Assembly: GCA_964456525.1 (NCBI GenBank) | Contig: CAYWAP010000005.1 | Coordinates: 963-64,962, forward strand | Length of the DNA stretch: 64,000 nt | Reading direction: 5' to 3' | DNA from: an uncultured Oscillospiraceae bacterium | GTDB lineage: Bacteria > Bacillota > Clostridia > Oscillospirales > Oscillospiraceae | Shown here: positions 16,540 through 26,800 of the stretch, in pieces | Position numbering within the stretch: position 1 is the first letter of the stretch | Layout of the letters: each line of letters starts with the position of its first letter | Translations under genes and position numbers: made by a program | Notes under the pieces: model-generated | Told to the model about the DNA's origin: nothing | What the model saw: the letters and a program-made list of their open reading frames with translations, nothing else | Databases searched by the model: none

Positions 16540-16772
16540 TTGCTGAGAATGGGAAAATGACGAACCTCTCCAACAGCAGAGAGCATCTGCCACCGGCTGA
16601 AAGCAGATGCGGCTGGAGCCCGTCTGATTCGCCCGGGAGCTGCCGTGGAGACACGGACGTGTAAGCCGCGTTAAGGCTTATAAGCGCACAGAGAAACTCT
16701 GTGAATGCGGGTGGTACCGCGGAAGGTTGGCCTTTCGTCCTGTATAGATTCAGGATGGAGGGTTTTCTTTTT
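16540..16772 (+). ncRNA. T-box riboswitch (Phe specifier) with terminator
   Basis: AGAGAG and GCTGAAAG stem-I motifs, TTC specifier at 16628-16630, T-box GCGGGTGGTACCGCGG at 16707-16722, terminator stem 16731-16762 plus U tract; upstream of pheS. Confidence 0.92.
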
Positions 16773-16891
16773 CCCTGACATTCCGTGCCTCAGCTGCGGG
16801 GGCAGGCACTCGGGAGAGCCGAAGGCCCTTGCAGCCGGGCACATTGCATGTTCATCAAATCGATTCTCACGATGAGAGGAGTCAACAGACA

Positions 16892-17935
16892 ATGAAAGAG
16901 CAACTGGCGAAAATCAAGGCCGACGCCCTCGCCGCGATCAAAAATGCGGAGGGTCCCCGCAGCCTGGACGAAGTCCGCGTCAAATACCTGGGCAAAAAGG
17001 GAGAGCTGACCGCCGTCCTGAAGCAGATGGGCAAACTGCCCGCCGACGAGCGGCCGGTCATCGGGCAGATCGCCAACGACGTCCGGTCCGCCGTCACCGA
17101 AGCCATCACCGCCCAGAGCAAGGTTCTGGCGGAGGCCGCCCTGAATGCCAAACTGGCGGCGGAAACGCTGGACGTCACGATTCCAGGCAAAAAAGTCCCC
17201 CTGGGCCACAAGCACCCCATCACCATGGTCATTGACGAGGTCAAGGAAATTTTCACCGGCATGGGCTTTACCGTGGCGGAAGGCCCCGAGATCGAGTTGG
17301 CCGAGTACAACTTCACCAAGCTGAACACCGAGGAGGGCCACCCCGGCCGTGAGTGGACCGACACCTTCTATATCACCCCCGGCAAGGACGATCCGAAAAA
17401 CGACGCCGTGCTGCTGCGCAGCCAGACCTCTCCCATGCAGATTCGCGTGATGGAGAGCCGCAAGCCCCCTATCCGCATCATCGCCCCCGGCCGCGTTTAC
17501 CGGAAAGACGAGGCCGACGCGACCCATTCCCCCATGTTCCACCAGATCGAGGGGATGGTTGTGGACAAAAACGTGACCATGGCCGACTTGAAGGGAACCC
17601 TGAACGAGGTCGTCAAGAGCCTGTACGGCGAGGACGCCCAGACCCGCTTCCGTCCCCACCACTTCCCCTTTACGGAGCCTTCCTGCGAGGTGGATGTGCA
17701 GTGCTTCGAGTGCCGCGGCAAAGGCTGCTCCGTCTGCAAGGGCGAGGGCTGGATTGAGGTCCTGGGGGCCGGCATGATCCACCCCAAGGTTCTGGAGGGC
17801 TGCCACATTGACACCGATGTGTACTCCGGCTGGGCCTTTGGCATGGGCGTGGAGCGTCTGGCGATGATGCGCTACGGCATCAACAACCTGAAGCTGTGCT
17901 TTGAAAACGATGTGAGATTCCTGGAGCAGTTCTGA
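16892..17935 (+). CDS. pheS: phenylalanine-tRNA ligase alpha subunit
   Basis: KYLGKKG, LLRSQTSPMQ, HSPMFHQIEG, FPFTEPS, GWAFGMGVERL. Confidence 0.97.
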   Translation: MKEQLAKIKADALAAIKNAEGPRSLDEVRVKYLGKKGELTAVLKQMGKLPADERPVIGQIANDVRSAVTEAITAQSKVLAEAALNAKLAAETLDVTIPGKKVPLGHKHPITMVIDEVKEIFTGMGFTVAEGPEIELAEYNFTKLNTEEGHPGREWTDTFYITPGKDDPKNDAVLLRSQTSPMQIRVMESRKPPIRIIAPGRVYRKDEADATHSPMFHQIEGMVVDKNVTMADLKGTLNEVVKSLYGEDAQTRFRPHHFPFTEPSCEVDVQCFECRGKGCSVCKGEGWIEVLGAGMIHPKVLEGCHIDTDVYSGWAFGMGVERLAMMRYGINNLKLCFENDVRFLEQF

Positions 17936-17995
17936 TTTTCTGCTTTCCTATCAGCGCACAACGAAAGTTTTACCGAAAAGCGAGGTTCGAAAACC

Positions 17996-20695
17996 ATGAT
18001 TTTGTCCCGTAAATGGCTCAATGAATTTGTTGACGGCATCTCCGTCGCCGACGTTGAGGATAAAAAGTTTGCCGAGGCCATGACCATCTCCGGCTCTAAG
18101 GTGGAAACCATTGTCGATCAGGCCGCCGACTTCCACAATGTCGTGGCCGGTAAGATCGTCTCCATGGAGAAGCACCCCAACTCCGACCACATGTGGGTGC
18201 TGCAAATCGACGTGGGCGAAGAGGCCCCCATCCAAATCTGCACCGGCGCATGGAACATCCATGTGGGCGATCTGGTCCCGGTGGCCAGGGACGGCGCCCT
18301 CCTGCCCGGGGGCAAACAAATCACCAGGGGTAAGCTGCGCGGCATCTGGTCCAACGGCATGCTGTGCTCTCTGGCCGAGTTAAATCTGGAAATCCGCGAC
18401 TTCCCCTATGGCAAGGTCAAGGCCGCCGCCATTTTGGGGGACTACCATGTCCTCCCCGGCGAAAAGCCCTCCATCCCCGAGGACGTACAGCCCGGCCTGC
18501 GCATCTACGGCAAGGTGTATACGGCAAAGGTCCTCTCCTGCGAGACCCTCTCCTATGGCACCTTCCAGCTGGTCGTGGACTGGGGCAAGGGGGAGCAGAC
18601 CATCACCACCGACTGCGCCAATATCCACGAGGGGGATATGATCTGCGTCAACACCGCCTCCCACGAGGTTTTGACCCTGGCCGGTCTGCGCGCCCAGCAA
18701 CGGGAGTTCCCCAACTGCATCGAGGACGGCATCTTCATTTTGAATGAGCCATGCAGCCCCGGCGATCCCATCCCCCAGGTACTGGGACTGGACGACCATG
18801 TGGTCGAGTTTGAAATCACCCCGAACCGCTCCGACTGCCTGGGCGTGATCGGTCTGGCCCGGGAGGCCGCTGTCACCTTCCACAAACCCCTGAACCTTCA
18901 CACCCCCGACGTCAAAGGCGCCGGTATGAGCATTCTGGACTATGCCGACGTGGAGATTCTGGACGGCGATCTGTGCCCGCGCTATTGCGGCCGGCTGGTC
19001 CGAAACGTCAAGATCGGCCCCTCCCCCAAGTGGATGCGGGAGCGTCTGCGCTCCTCCGGCGTCCGCCCGATTAACAACATCGTCGACATCACCAACTACG
19101 TCATGCTGGAGTACGGCCAGCCCATGCACTCCTTTGACTTCTCCTGCGTGGAGGGCCACCACATCAACGTCCGCCGGGCTTACCCCGAGGAGGAAGTGAC
19201 CACCCTGGACGGCAAGTCCCACGTCCTGAACGAGAACATGCTGGTCATCGCCGATGATGTCAAGCCCATCGGCATTGCCGGCGTCATGGGCGGCGAGAAC
19301 TCGGAGATCACCGACGGCACCACCGAGGTCTTCTTCGAGTCCGCAAACTTCAACGGCGTCAGCATCCGCAAGACCGCCATGGCCCTCGGCATGCGCACCG
19401 AAGCCTCCGGCCGCTATGAAAAGGGGCTGGACCCCATGAACACACTGCCTGCCGTCCAGCGGGCCTGCGAACTGGTGGAAATGCTGGGCTGCGGCGACGT
19501 GGTCGACGGCGTCATCGACGTGGTCGCCCAGGATTACGTCCCCACCCAGGTCAAGCTGGAGCCGGACAAGGTCAACGGCCTGCTGGGCACCCACATTTCC
19601 CGGGAAGAGATGATCCAGATTCTGGAGGCCCTGGGCTTCCTCGTGATGGACGGCGATATGCTGATCGTCCCCTCCTGGCGTCTGGACGTTTCCCATTACT
19701 CCGACATCGCGGAGGAGATCGCCCGCTTCACCGGCTATGACAATCTGCCCACCACGTTGATGCGCGGAGAGACCACCCGGGGCGGTCTGACCGCCAAGCA
19801 GGAGGCAGAAATGCAGATCGGCATCACCTGCCGCAGCCAGGGCTTCAACGAGATCATGACCTACTCCTTTATCTCCCCCAACTACTACAACAAGATCCGC
19901 CTGCCGGAGGACTCCCCTCTGCGGGATTCCATTCGGATTCTGAATCCTCTGGGCGAGGACACCTCCATCATGCGCACGACCCCCCTGCCTTCCATGCTGG
20001 AGACGCTGGCGCGCAATTACAGCTACCACAACCCGGCCGCTCGTCTCTACGAACTGGCCAAGGTCTACAAAAAGCGCCCGGACTCCGAGCTGGCCCAGGA
20101 GGACCAGTGGCTGAGCATGGGCTGCTATGACCCCTCCATGGATTTCTTCCATTTCAAGGGCTGTGTCGAGGACATTTTTGACGCATTCGGCATCACCGAC
20201 GTGGTATACACCGCAGAAAAGGACAACCCCTCCTATCATCCCGGCCGCTGCGCCGTCATGACGGCAGGGGGCATGCCCATGGGCGTTATGGGACAGATCC
20301 ACCCGCTGGTCACGAAAAACTACAACATCGATGTCCCCGTCTACGCCGCCCAAATCGACTTTGCCGCCCTGCTGAAGGCCCATCCCACCGAGATTGTGTA
20401 CCATCCCCTGCCCAAGTTCCCGTCCCTCTCCCGCGACATCGCCGTGGTCTGTGATGTGTCCATTCCCGTAGCCGATCTGGAGAACGTCATCCGCAAGTAT
20501 GGCAGGAACCTGGTTCACGAGATTGAGCTGTTTGACATCTACACCGGCAGCCCCATCCCAATGGGCAAAAAGAGCGTTGCCTTCTCCCTGAAACTGCGCC
20601 ACAACGACCACACACTGACCGACCAGGAGGCCGACGAGGATTTGAAGGCCGTTTTGGACGGTCTGAAGTCCGAGCTGGGCGCGGTCCTGCGCTGA
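17996..20695 (+). CDS. pheT: phenylalanine-tRNA ligase beta subunit with ~100-aa internal duplication
   Basis: EITPNRSDC, NNIVDITNYV, GQPMHSFD, DIAEEIAR, FDX-ACB domain (RDIAVV, FDIY, KKSVAF); 899 aa. Confidence 0.96.
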   Translation: MILSRKWLNEFVDGISVADVEDKKFAEAMTISGSKVETIVDQAADFHNVVAGKIVSMEKHPNSDHMWVLQIDVGEEAPIQICTGAWNIHVGDLVPVARDGALLPGGKQITRGKLRGIWSNGMLCSLAELNLEIRDFPYGKVKAAAILGDYHVLPGEKPSIPEDVQPGLRIYGKVYTAKVLSCETLSYGTFQLVVDWGKGEQTITTDCANIHEGDMICVNTASHEVLTLAGLRAQQREFPNCIEDGIFILNEPCSPGDPIPQVLGLDDHVVEFEITPNRSDCLGVIGLAREAAVTFHKPLNLHTPDVKGAGMSILDYADVEILDGDLCPRYCGRLVRNVKIGPSPKWMRERLRSSGVRPINNIVDITNYVMLEYGQPMHSFDFSCVEGHHINVRRAYPEEEVTTLDGKSHVLNENMLVIADDVKPIGIAGVMGGENSEITDGTTEVFFESANFNGVSIRKTAMALGMRTEASGRYEKGLDPMNTLPAVQRACELVEMLGCGDVVDGVIDVVAQDYVPTQVKLEPDKVNGLLGTHISREEMIQILEALGFLVMDGDMLIVPSWRLDVSHYSDIAEEIARFTGYDNLPTTLMRGETTRGGLTAKQEAEMQIGITCRSQGFNEIMTYSFISPNYYNKIRLPEDSPLRDSIRILNPLGEDTSIMRTTPLPSMLETLARNYSYHNPAARLYELAKVYKKRPDSELAQEDQWLSMGCYDPSMDFFHFKGCVEDIFDAFGITDVVYTAEKDNPSYHPGRCAVMTAGGMPMGVMGQIHPLVTKNYNIDVPVYAAQIDFAALLKAHPTEIVYHPLPKFPSLSRDIAVVCDVSIPVADLENVIRKYGRNLVHEIELFDIYTGSPIPMGKKSVAFSLKLRHNDHTLTDQEADEDLKAVLDGLKSELGAVLR

Positions 20696-20708
20696 GCCTC
20701 TCCTTCCC

Positions 20709-20751
20709 AACGATCCCCTTCTCCCAATCCCTTTGGAAGGGGATCGTTTCT
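20709..20751 (+). terminator. pheST terminator
   Basis: 13-bp perfect stem AACGATCCCCTTC/GAAGGGGATCGTT. Confidence 0.7.
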
Positions 20752-20815
20752 TCCGGATATAACATGCCGGCACCGGCTGAATTGACGCTGCGTCTATACC
20801 AGGAGGAACCTGTCT

Positions 20816-22552
20816 ATGCCTCGTAATTTAAAGAAAATGCTCGCCTATTACCGCCCCTATATGGGCATCTTTTTTCTCGATTTGTTTTTTGCCACGATTA
20901 TGTCGGCGGTGTCGCTGGTACTGCCCCTGATCATTCGCTACATCACCTCCTCCGTCGTCGATTGGGATCCATCCACCGCACTTCGCCGCATTATTTTGCT
21001 GGGAATTCTGATGACGGTGCTGGTGCTGATTCAGTGCGGAAGCAATTACTACATCACCAATGTGGGCCATGTCATGGGCGCGCGCATTGAGCGCGATATG
21101 CGTAGCCAGATTTTTTCCCACTATCAAAAGCTGTCCTTCGCCTTTTACGACGAGCAAAAAGTGGGCAGTCTGATGAGCCGGGTCACCAACGACCTGTTTG
21201 ACATCACCGAACTCATGCACCACGGACCGGAAAACATTATTTTATCGGTCTTTAAGCTGGCGGGCGCCCTTTTCATCCTCATGGGCATCAATGTGCGGCT
21301 GACCCTGGCGGCCTTTGCCCTGATTCCCGTGATGATCGTCTACGCCGTCTGGTATAACGGCAAAATGAAGGCCGCATTCCGGCGCAACCGTGAACGAATT
21401 GCCGACATCAACACCCAAATTGAGGACAACCTCTCCGGCATCCGGGTGGTTAAGTCCTTTGCCAATGAAGATGTGGAGCGGAAAAAGTTCCAGGTTGGCA
21501 ACGAGGGCTTTCTCGCCGCCAAAAAGAACAGCTACCATTACATGGGCGGCTATCACGCCGGCTTGACCGCCTTCACCACCATGATTCAGGTGCTGGTCAT
21601 CGTCACCGGCGGGGTGGGAATCGCCCAGGGGTGGATGAACGTCACCGATCTGCTGACCTTCCTGCTGTATATCAGCGTATTCACGGACCCTGTCAAGACG
21701 CTGATCGACTTCACCGAGCAGTTTCAGAACGGCTACACCGGATTTGAACGCTTTCAGGAAATCCTGGACATCGAACCGGACATTCAGGACAGCCCCAACG
21801 CCGTCGAACTGCCCCGGGTACAGGGCAACATCACCCTTGACAATGTGTCCTTCCGCTATGAGACCAGTTCCGAGGAAGTGCTGAACCACGTCAGCCTCCA
21901 GATTCCGGCGGGCGCCTATGTCGCGCTGGTCGGCCCCTCCGGGGCGGGCAAGAGCACCCTGTGCAGTCTGATTCCCCGGTTCTACGACGTGACCGGCGGC
22001 ACAATCTCCATCGATGGTTATGACATCCGGGATGTGACCACCAGAAGCCTGCGCAGCCAAATCGGCATCGTGCAGCAGGATGTATACCTCTTCGGCGGCA
22101 CGGTTTTGGAGAATATTCAATACGGCCGCCCCGGCGCTTCCCGGGAAGAGGTGATTCAGGCGGCCAAAAACGCCAACGCCCACGACTTCATCATGGAGCT
22201 TCCCGACGGCTATGACACCAACATCGGCCAGCGGGGCGTCAAGCTCTCCGGCGGCCAGAAGCAGCGCCTGTCCATCGCCCGCGTCTTTCTGAAAAATCCG
22301 CCGATCCTGATCTTTGACGAGGCCACTTCCGCCCTTGACAACGAAAGCGAGCATGTGGTGCAGGAGAGCTTGGAAAAGCTGACCCAAAACCGCACAACCC
22401 TCGTCATCGCCCACCGCCTGTCCACCATCCGAAACGCTGAGCGCATTCTGGTTCTCACGGACAACGGCATTGAGGAAGAAGGCAGCCACGAGGAATTGAT
22501 GGCCAAACACGGCCTGTATGAACACCTCTATAACCTGCAATTCGAAAAATAA
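20816..22552 (+). CDS. ABC exporter, fused permease/ATP-binding protein
   Basis: Six-TM N-terminus, Walker A GPSGAGKS, LSGGQKQR, IFDEATSALD, H-loop IAHRLST. Confidence 0.95.
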   Translation: MPRNLKKMLAYYRPYMGIFFLDLFFATIMSAVSLVLPLIIRYITSSVVDWDPSTALRRIILLGILMTVLVLIQCGSNYYITNVGHVMGARIERDMRSQIFSHYQKLSFAFYDEQKVGSLMSRVTNDLFDITELMHHGPENIILSVFKLAGALFILMGINVRLTLAAFALIPVMIVYAVWYNGKMKAAFRRNRERIADINTQIEDNLSGIRVVKSFANEDVERKKFQVGNEGFLAAKKNSYHYMGGYHAGLTAFTTMIQVLVIVTGGVGIAQGWMNVTDLLTFLLYISVFTDPVKTLIDFTEQFQNGYTGFERFQEILDIEPDIQDSPNAVELPRVQGNITLDNVSFRYETSSEEVLNHVSLQIPAGAYVALVGPSGAGKSTLCSLIPRFYDVTGGTISIDGYDIRDVTTRSLRSQIGIVQQDVYLFGGTVLENIQYGRPGASREEVIQAAKNANAHDFIMELPDGYDTNIGQRGVKLSGGQKQRLSIARVFLKNPPILIFDEATSALDNESEHVVQESLEKLTQNRTTLVIAHRLSTIRNAERILVLTDNGIEEEGSHEELMAKHGLYEHLYNLQFEK

Positions 22553-22553
22553 C

Positions 22554-22587
22554 AAAATCCCGTCCCCTTTTCCGAGGACGGGATTTT
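22554..22587. terminator. bidirectional terminator
   Basis: AAAATCCCGTCC/GGACGGGATTTT between convergent genes. Confidence 0.75.
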
Positions 22588-22623
22588 CTCTTGGCAATCA
22601 TCCGGGAACACAGGACGCAGCTC

Positions 22624-23694
22624 CTAGGTCTTTGCCCTCAACCGGTTCAGCGCTTCCACAAACTTCCTGGGTTTTTCGGCGTGAATGGCGTGATCGGCCC
22701 GAACCCGAACCGTCTCGCAATTGGGAATCATGCGCTGAACCCGGTCGGCGTCTTTCAGGGAGTTGGCCGAGTAGAGCGTGCCGTCCCGGCCATAGCGGAC
22801 GTTGCCTTTCAGATAAATCACCGGGCAACCCAGGCTTTTGAGTACTTCACCCTGGCGGACGCCCCTCATCCACCGCCCGGTGTAGAGGGCATAGCCGCAT
22901 TCCAGATCATACCGGTCGTAATAGTAAAGGGACGCCAGATGGGAATAGGGCAGATATTTCAGCTTTAAGGGGCCGGCGGGATGGGTCTTGCGGTACTGCT
23001 CAGCCCAGTAGACCACCTTATCCCGCATGCCGCCATAGAGGGAGAACAGGAAGCCGTGCCGGATGTAATAGAGCACATAATCACGCTCTTCCCTCTGCTT
23101 CCGGAACTGATGTATCACTTCAAAGGAGTCCTTCCAGGCAAGGCAGCCGTCGTCCTTCTTCATCTCTGTGGGTGTGATGTGGAAGAAGGGCGGATCTTCC
23201 AGCAGAAGGCCGGTCACCGCTTCCGGCGCCCAGGCCGCCATCCAGGCGGCGATCACGCCGCCCGTGGAGTGCCCCGAGAGCAGGCAGGGTTTTCCAATCA
23301 CGTGCTTGATAAACCAGAGCAGCGCCTCGCCGTTTTCCCGGCAGGTGTAGAGAGCCGGGCGATGTTCCGAGCCGCCGTGCCCAAAGCAATCCACCGCAAA
23401 GACGTGATAGGATTTGGCAAGGGCCGGCAAGACCGCGTCGTAATCCTCCCAGCACGTGCCCTGGCCGTGGATGAGCAGCAACGGCATCCCCTTGGCCGGC
23501 CCTTCGGCGTAACCAATCAGGGCGCCGTTTGGGGCGCGCACCTGTCGTTCCCGATAGCCCGCCCGGCGGGTCTTTTTCAGCCGGTTGTCATCGTAGTGCA
23601 TGTTGTTGTAAACGTAAATCCGCGCCACCAGCACCGCCAGCAGCACAACAATCAGCACAACAATCAACACCATCCGTATCGTTCGAACCATCAT
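22624..23694 (-). CDS. membrane-anchored alpha/beta hydrolase
   Basis: N-terminal [16 protein letters not shown], nucleophile GHSTGG, C-terminal DHAIH. Confidence 0.85.
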   Translation of the reverse strand: MMVRTIRMVLIVVLIVVLLAVLVARIYVYNNMHYDDNRLKKTRRAGYRERQVRAPNGALIGYAEGPAKGMPLLLIHGQGTCWEDYDAVLPALAKSYHVFAVDCFGHGGSEHRPALYTCRENGEALLWFIKHVIGKPCLLSGHSTGGVIAAWMAAWAPEAVTGLLLEDPPFFHITPTEMKKDDGCLAWKDSFEVIHQFRKQREERDYVLYYIRHGFLFSLYGGMRDKVVYWAEQYRKTHPAGPLKLKYLPYSHLASLYYYDRYDLECGYALYTGRWMRGVRQGEVLKSLGCPVIYLKGNVRYGRDGTLYSANSLKDADRVQRMIPNCETVRVRADHAIHAEKPRKFVEALNRLRAKT

Positions 23695-24068
23695 GGAGTT
23701 CCCACGTCCCCTTTCCTTCCTGCTGCATTTCCGGCAAATGTCCCCGCAGAGCCGGCAGCGCCTGCCTCCCCATCGGACGTTACGCCGCCCCCGGAGGGGA
23801 TCTCCCCGCCGTTTGCCCGCTGATAGGCCCGGGCCAGCCCTTCCTTTTCCCTGTGCGTCAGCCGTTTTAACGCCCGCTCCCGGCGAAGGGCTGCGCCCTT
23901 ATCCGGGCACACCTCCCGGTAAACGACATAAACTGGCAAACGGGAGCGGGTGTATTTGGCGCCCTTCCCCTCATTGTGGACGCGCTCCCGGCGCTCCACA
24001 TCGGTTGTATAGCCGGAATAGTAGCTGCCGTCTGCACAGCGCAGCATGTAAACAAAATAATCCATCAT
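23691..24068 (-). CDS. GIY-YIG nuclease family protein (YazA/UPF0213-like)
   Basis: [22 protein letters not shown]...[14 protein letters not shown]. Confidence 0.88.
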   Translation of the reverse strand: MMDYFVYMLRCADGSYYSGYTTDVERRERVHNEGKGAKYTRSRLPVYVVYREVCPDKGAALRRERALKRLTHREKEGLARAYQRANGGEIPSGGGVTSDGEAGAAGSAGTFAGNAAGRKGDVGTP

Positions 24069-24099
24069 GTATCCACTCTGTTTAAACCATTCTTTCCCT

Positions 24100-24128
24100 A
24101 TTTTAGCGGATGGAGCGGGATTTCTCAA
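24100..24128 (-). promoter_or_regulatory. sigma-A promoter for the GIY-YIG/hydrolase genes
   Basis: minus strand TTGAGA-17bp-TAAAAT. Confidence 0.6.
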
Positions 24129-24173
24129 CCACATTCTGCCGGATTTCTATTTAATCTTTCTGTTATTTATGGT

Positions 24174-24202
24174 TTGCAAAACCGGCCGCCGCCCTGTATA
24201 CT
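24174..24202 (+). promoter_or_regulatory. sigma-A promoter for dus-ung
   Basis: TTGCAA-17bp-TATACT with extended TG. Confidence 0.7.
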
Positions 24203-24237
24203 GGTGCTGATACCTCAACAGAAGGAAGCACACACAT

Positions 24238-25215
24238 ATGCACTACTGCTTTGCCCCCATGGAGGGGATTACCGGCTACCTTTACCGAAACGTCTACAAC
24301 CAGTTTTTTGGCTCCAGGGGGCCGGAACGCTACTTTGCCCCCTTTATCACCCCGACGCGCACAACGAACTTCAAGTCCCGGGAGCTGAACGACTTGACCC
24401 TGGAGCACAATCCCAACATCCATTTGATTCCCCAGGTGCTGACCAATCGCGCCGAAGATTTCCTGTATTTCACCGAAAAGCTGTATGAAATGGGCTATCA
24501 GGAGGTCAATTTAAATTTGGGCTGCCCCTCCCGAACCGTGGTGTCCAAGGGCAGAGGCTCCGGCTTTCTGGCAGACCCCCTCGCGCTGGAGCGCTTTTTT
24601 GAGGAGGTATTTGCCCACACGGTGGTGAAAATATCCGTTAAGACGCGAATTGGCAAGGATTCCCCGGAGGAGTTTCCGGATCTCATCGACCTTTACAACC
24701 GCTATCCCATCTCGGAGCTGATCGTCCATCCGCGCATTCAGCTGGACTACTACAACAACCACGCCGATTGGGACGCCTTCCAGCTGGCTGTGGACCGGTG
24801 CGTCCACCCCCTGTGCTATAATGGGGATCTATTTACGGCGGCGGATGTGGAGCGTTTCCAAGCCCGGTTTCCCAGTGTGGACAGGATCATGCTGGGGCGG
24901 GGCGCCATCGCCAACCCGGCCCTGTTCCGGCAGCTGCGCTGCGGCAAGGGCCTGACCAAACCGGAGCTGCGCCAGTTCCACGAGGCCGTCAAGGCCCGCT
25001 ATTCGGAGGTTTTCTACGGCGAGCGCCCAGTGCTGTGCAAGCTGAAGGAGCTGTGGAACTACATGATCTGCATGTTCGAGGGCACGGAGCCCATCTTGAA
25101 GCGGATGCGAAAGGCCCAGCACCTCAGCGACTTTGAAACCGCCGTCTCTGACCTGTTTCGGGACTGCGCGCTGAATCCCAACGCCGGGTTTCAGCCCAAA
25201 AAGGGAGGAACATAA
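24238..25215 (+). CDS. tRNA-dihydrouridine synthase family protein
   Basis: FAPMEG, NLNLGCP, GRGSG, SVKTRIG, VHPR, CYNGD, MLGRG. Confidence 0.9.
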   Translation: MHYCFAPMEGITGYLYRNVYNQFFGSRGPERYFAPFITPTRTTNFKSRELNDLTLEHNPNIHLIPQVLTNRAEDFLYFTEKLYEMGYQEVNLNLGCPSRTVVSKGRGSGFLADPLALERFFEEVFAHTVVKISVKTRIGKDSPEEFPDLIDLYNRYPISELIVHPRIQLDYYNNHADWDAFQLAVDRCVHPLCYNGDLFTAADVERFQARFPSVDRIMLGRGAIANPALFRQLRCGKGLTKPELRQFHEAVKARYSEVFYGERPVLCKLKELWNYMICMFEGTEPILKRMRKAQHLSDFETAVSDLFRDCALNPNAGFQPKKGGT

Positions 25216-25217
25216 CG

Positions 25218-25907
25218 ATGTGGCACGAACAGGAACTGGGCGCCTGGGCCGAAACGGTTCAGCGTTTTTCCCAAGAAGACTGGTATATCAACTTAATGAC
25301 AAAGGTGGAGGCCGCCTACGCCGCCGGAGAGCCGCCGGTCTACCCGGCCCGAGAACATTTATTTGCCGCCCTGCGGCTGACCGGGCCGGAGGATGTGAAG
25401 TGCGTCATTGTGGGGCAGGATCCCTACCACGGCCCCGGTCAGGCCCACGGGCTGGCCTTTTCGGTGCAGCCGGAGGTCAAAATTCCCCCATCCCTTCGAA
25501 ACATTTACAAAGAGCTGCATGCAGATCTACAGCTCCCCATCCCCGCCACCGGTGATCTCCGCCCCTGGGCGCGGCAGGGCGTCCTGCTGCTGAACAACGT
25601 GCTCACGGTTTACGACGGCGCACCCAACAGTCACAAAAAATGGGGGTGGCAGCGCTTTACAGATGAGCTGCTAAAATCGCTGCAAAGCTGTCCTCAGCCC
25701 ATTACCTTCCTCCTTTGGGGGCGGGAGGCCCAGAAAAAGGGGGCCCTGGCCCAGCCAGAGCACAGCCCTTATCCGCGCCTGGTGCTGGAATCCAACCACC
25801 CCAGCCCTCTGTCTGCCAACCGGGGGTTCTTTGGCTCCAAACCGTTCAGCCGGGTCAACGAATTCCTCATCGCAAACGGCGCGGCCCCAATTGACTGGCG
25901 CATCTGA
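25218..25907 (+). CDS. ung: uracil-DNA glycosylase (family 1)
   Basis: GQDPYH, AHGLAFS, PPSLRNI, LLLN, HPSPLSA. Confidence 0.96.
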   Translation: MWHEQELGAWAETVQRFSQEDWYINLMTKVEAAYAAGEPPVYPAREHLFAALRLTGPEDVKCVIVGQDPYHGPGQAHGLAFSVQPEVKIPPSLRNIYKELHADLQLPIPATGDLRPWARQGVLLLNNVLTVYDGAPNSHKKWGWQRFTDELLKSLQSCPQPITFLLWGREAQKKGALAQPEHSPYPRLVLESNHPSPLSANRGFFGSKPFSRVNEFLIANGAAPIDWRI

Positions 25908-26065
25908 ACGGCCTTTGACCTTCAGCCGCGGACAAATGCCCGCAACGCTCTATTTTCAAACATGATTTTAACTAATTTTTAAGTTTCCTCTTTACAGCTT
26001 CTCTTTTTTGCGTTAAAATAAGCTACGTGATTTCTGACACGACACACCACTGGAGGTTCTGCCTT

Positions 26066-26317
26066 ATGTCCGATATCGATTACACGCGGCGATTTGACAT
26101 CTCCCGCAATGACGACTGGGAAACCCGTCAGATCCTTTCTATGGTCTACACAGCGCTGCAGGAAAAGGGTTATAACCCAATCAACCAGATTGTGGGTTAC
26201 ATCCTGTCTGAAGACCCCACCTATATCACCAATTATAACAACGCCAGGGCGTTGATTCGTAAACTGGATCGTGATGAACTGCTCCAGGAATTGGTGCGCT
26301 CTTATCTTGGCGTCTAA
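26066..26317 (+). CDS. ireB: IreB/ReoM (DUF965) family regulatory phosphoprotein
   Basis: [35 protein letters not shown]. Confidence 0.92.
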   Translation: MSDIDYTRRFDISRNDDWETRQILSMVYTALQEKGYNPINQIVGYILSEDPTYITNYNNARALIRKLDRDELLQELVRSYLGV

Positions 26318-26341
26318 ACCTTGCCGCTTGACGTGGTAACG

Positions 26342-26371
26342 GGCCCTTCCGTCATGGACGGGCCTTTTTTT
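26342..26371 (+). terminator. ireB terminator
   Basis: GGCCC...GGGCC hairpin followed by T7. Confidence 0.7.
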
Positions 26372-26449
26372 GGCGTATTGACGAAATCCCGGGGGAAAAA
26401 CAGCCGTTTTTCCCCAAATTTTACCACAGGTTAAAAATTGACACAGAGG

Positions 26450-26478
26450 TTGACACAAAGAAAACAATGTGTTACAAT
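26450..26478 (+). promoter_or_regulatory. sigma-A promoter for the hypothetical gene and NlpC/P60 gene
   Basis: TTGACA-17bp-TACAAT. Confidence 0.75.
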
Positions 26479-26506
26479 TTGGTTACAGTTTCAAGGAGGT
26501 ATTCTA

Positions 26507-26800
26507 ATGGCCGATTCCAAAGCTATCCCTATGACGTACAAAGGCCATCCACTTCGCAGAAAGGACAATCTGATCTACTACGGAAGCATGGCGGATAAGT
26601 ACATCATCATGCTCCAGGTTCTGGACACCAAAAAAGTTGGCGATCTGGACGTGGCGACCCGTGTGGCCGTTCAATTGCAGCTCACGGCTCCCGACCTGAA
26701 ATCCCGTGACCGCGTTGTCCGCAAAAGCGAAAAGAACAGTCTGTACGCCGCAATGGATCTTGGTGTTGTCTGGCTCAATCGTGCACTTTCTTCAAACTGA
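26507..26800 (+). CDS. 97-aa hypothetical protein
   Basis: AAGGAGGT SD, own promoter, protein-like composition (YKGHPLRRKDNLIYYGSM). Confidence 0.8.
   Translation: MADSKAIPMTYKGHPLRRKDNLIYYGSMADKYIIMLQVLDTKKVGDLDVATRVAVQLQLTAPDLKSRDRVVRKSEKNSLYAAMDLGVVWLNRALSSN

Noticed and set aside
18380-20773. 797-aa antisense ORF opposite pheT (likewise 8215-9852, 43091-45799, 47807-49423, 50075-51724, 60900-62573 and others)
   Set aside because: These are shadow frames of GC3-biased genes, all in the same codon register as the sense gene. They show no family motifs or SD, and the sense genes are unambiguous.
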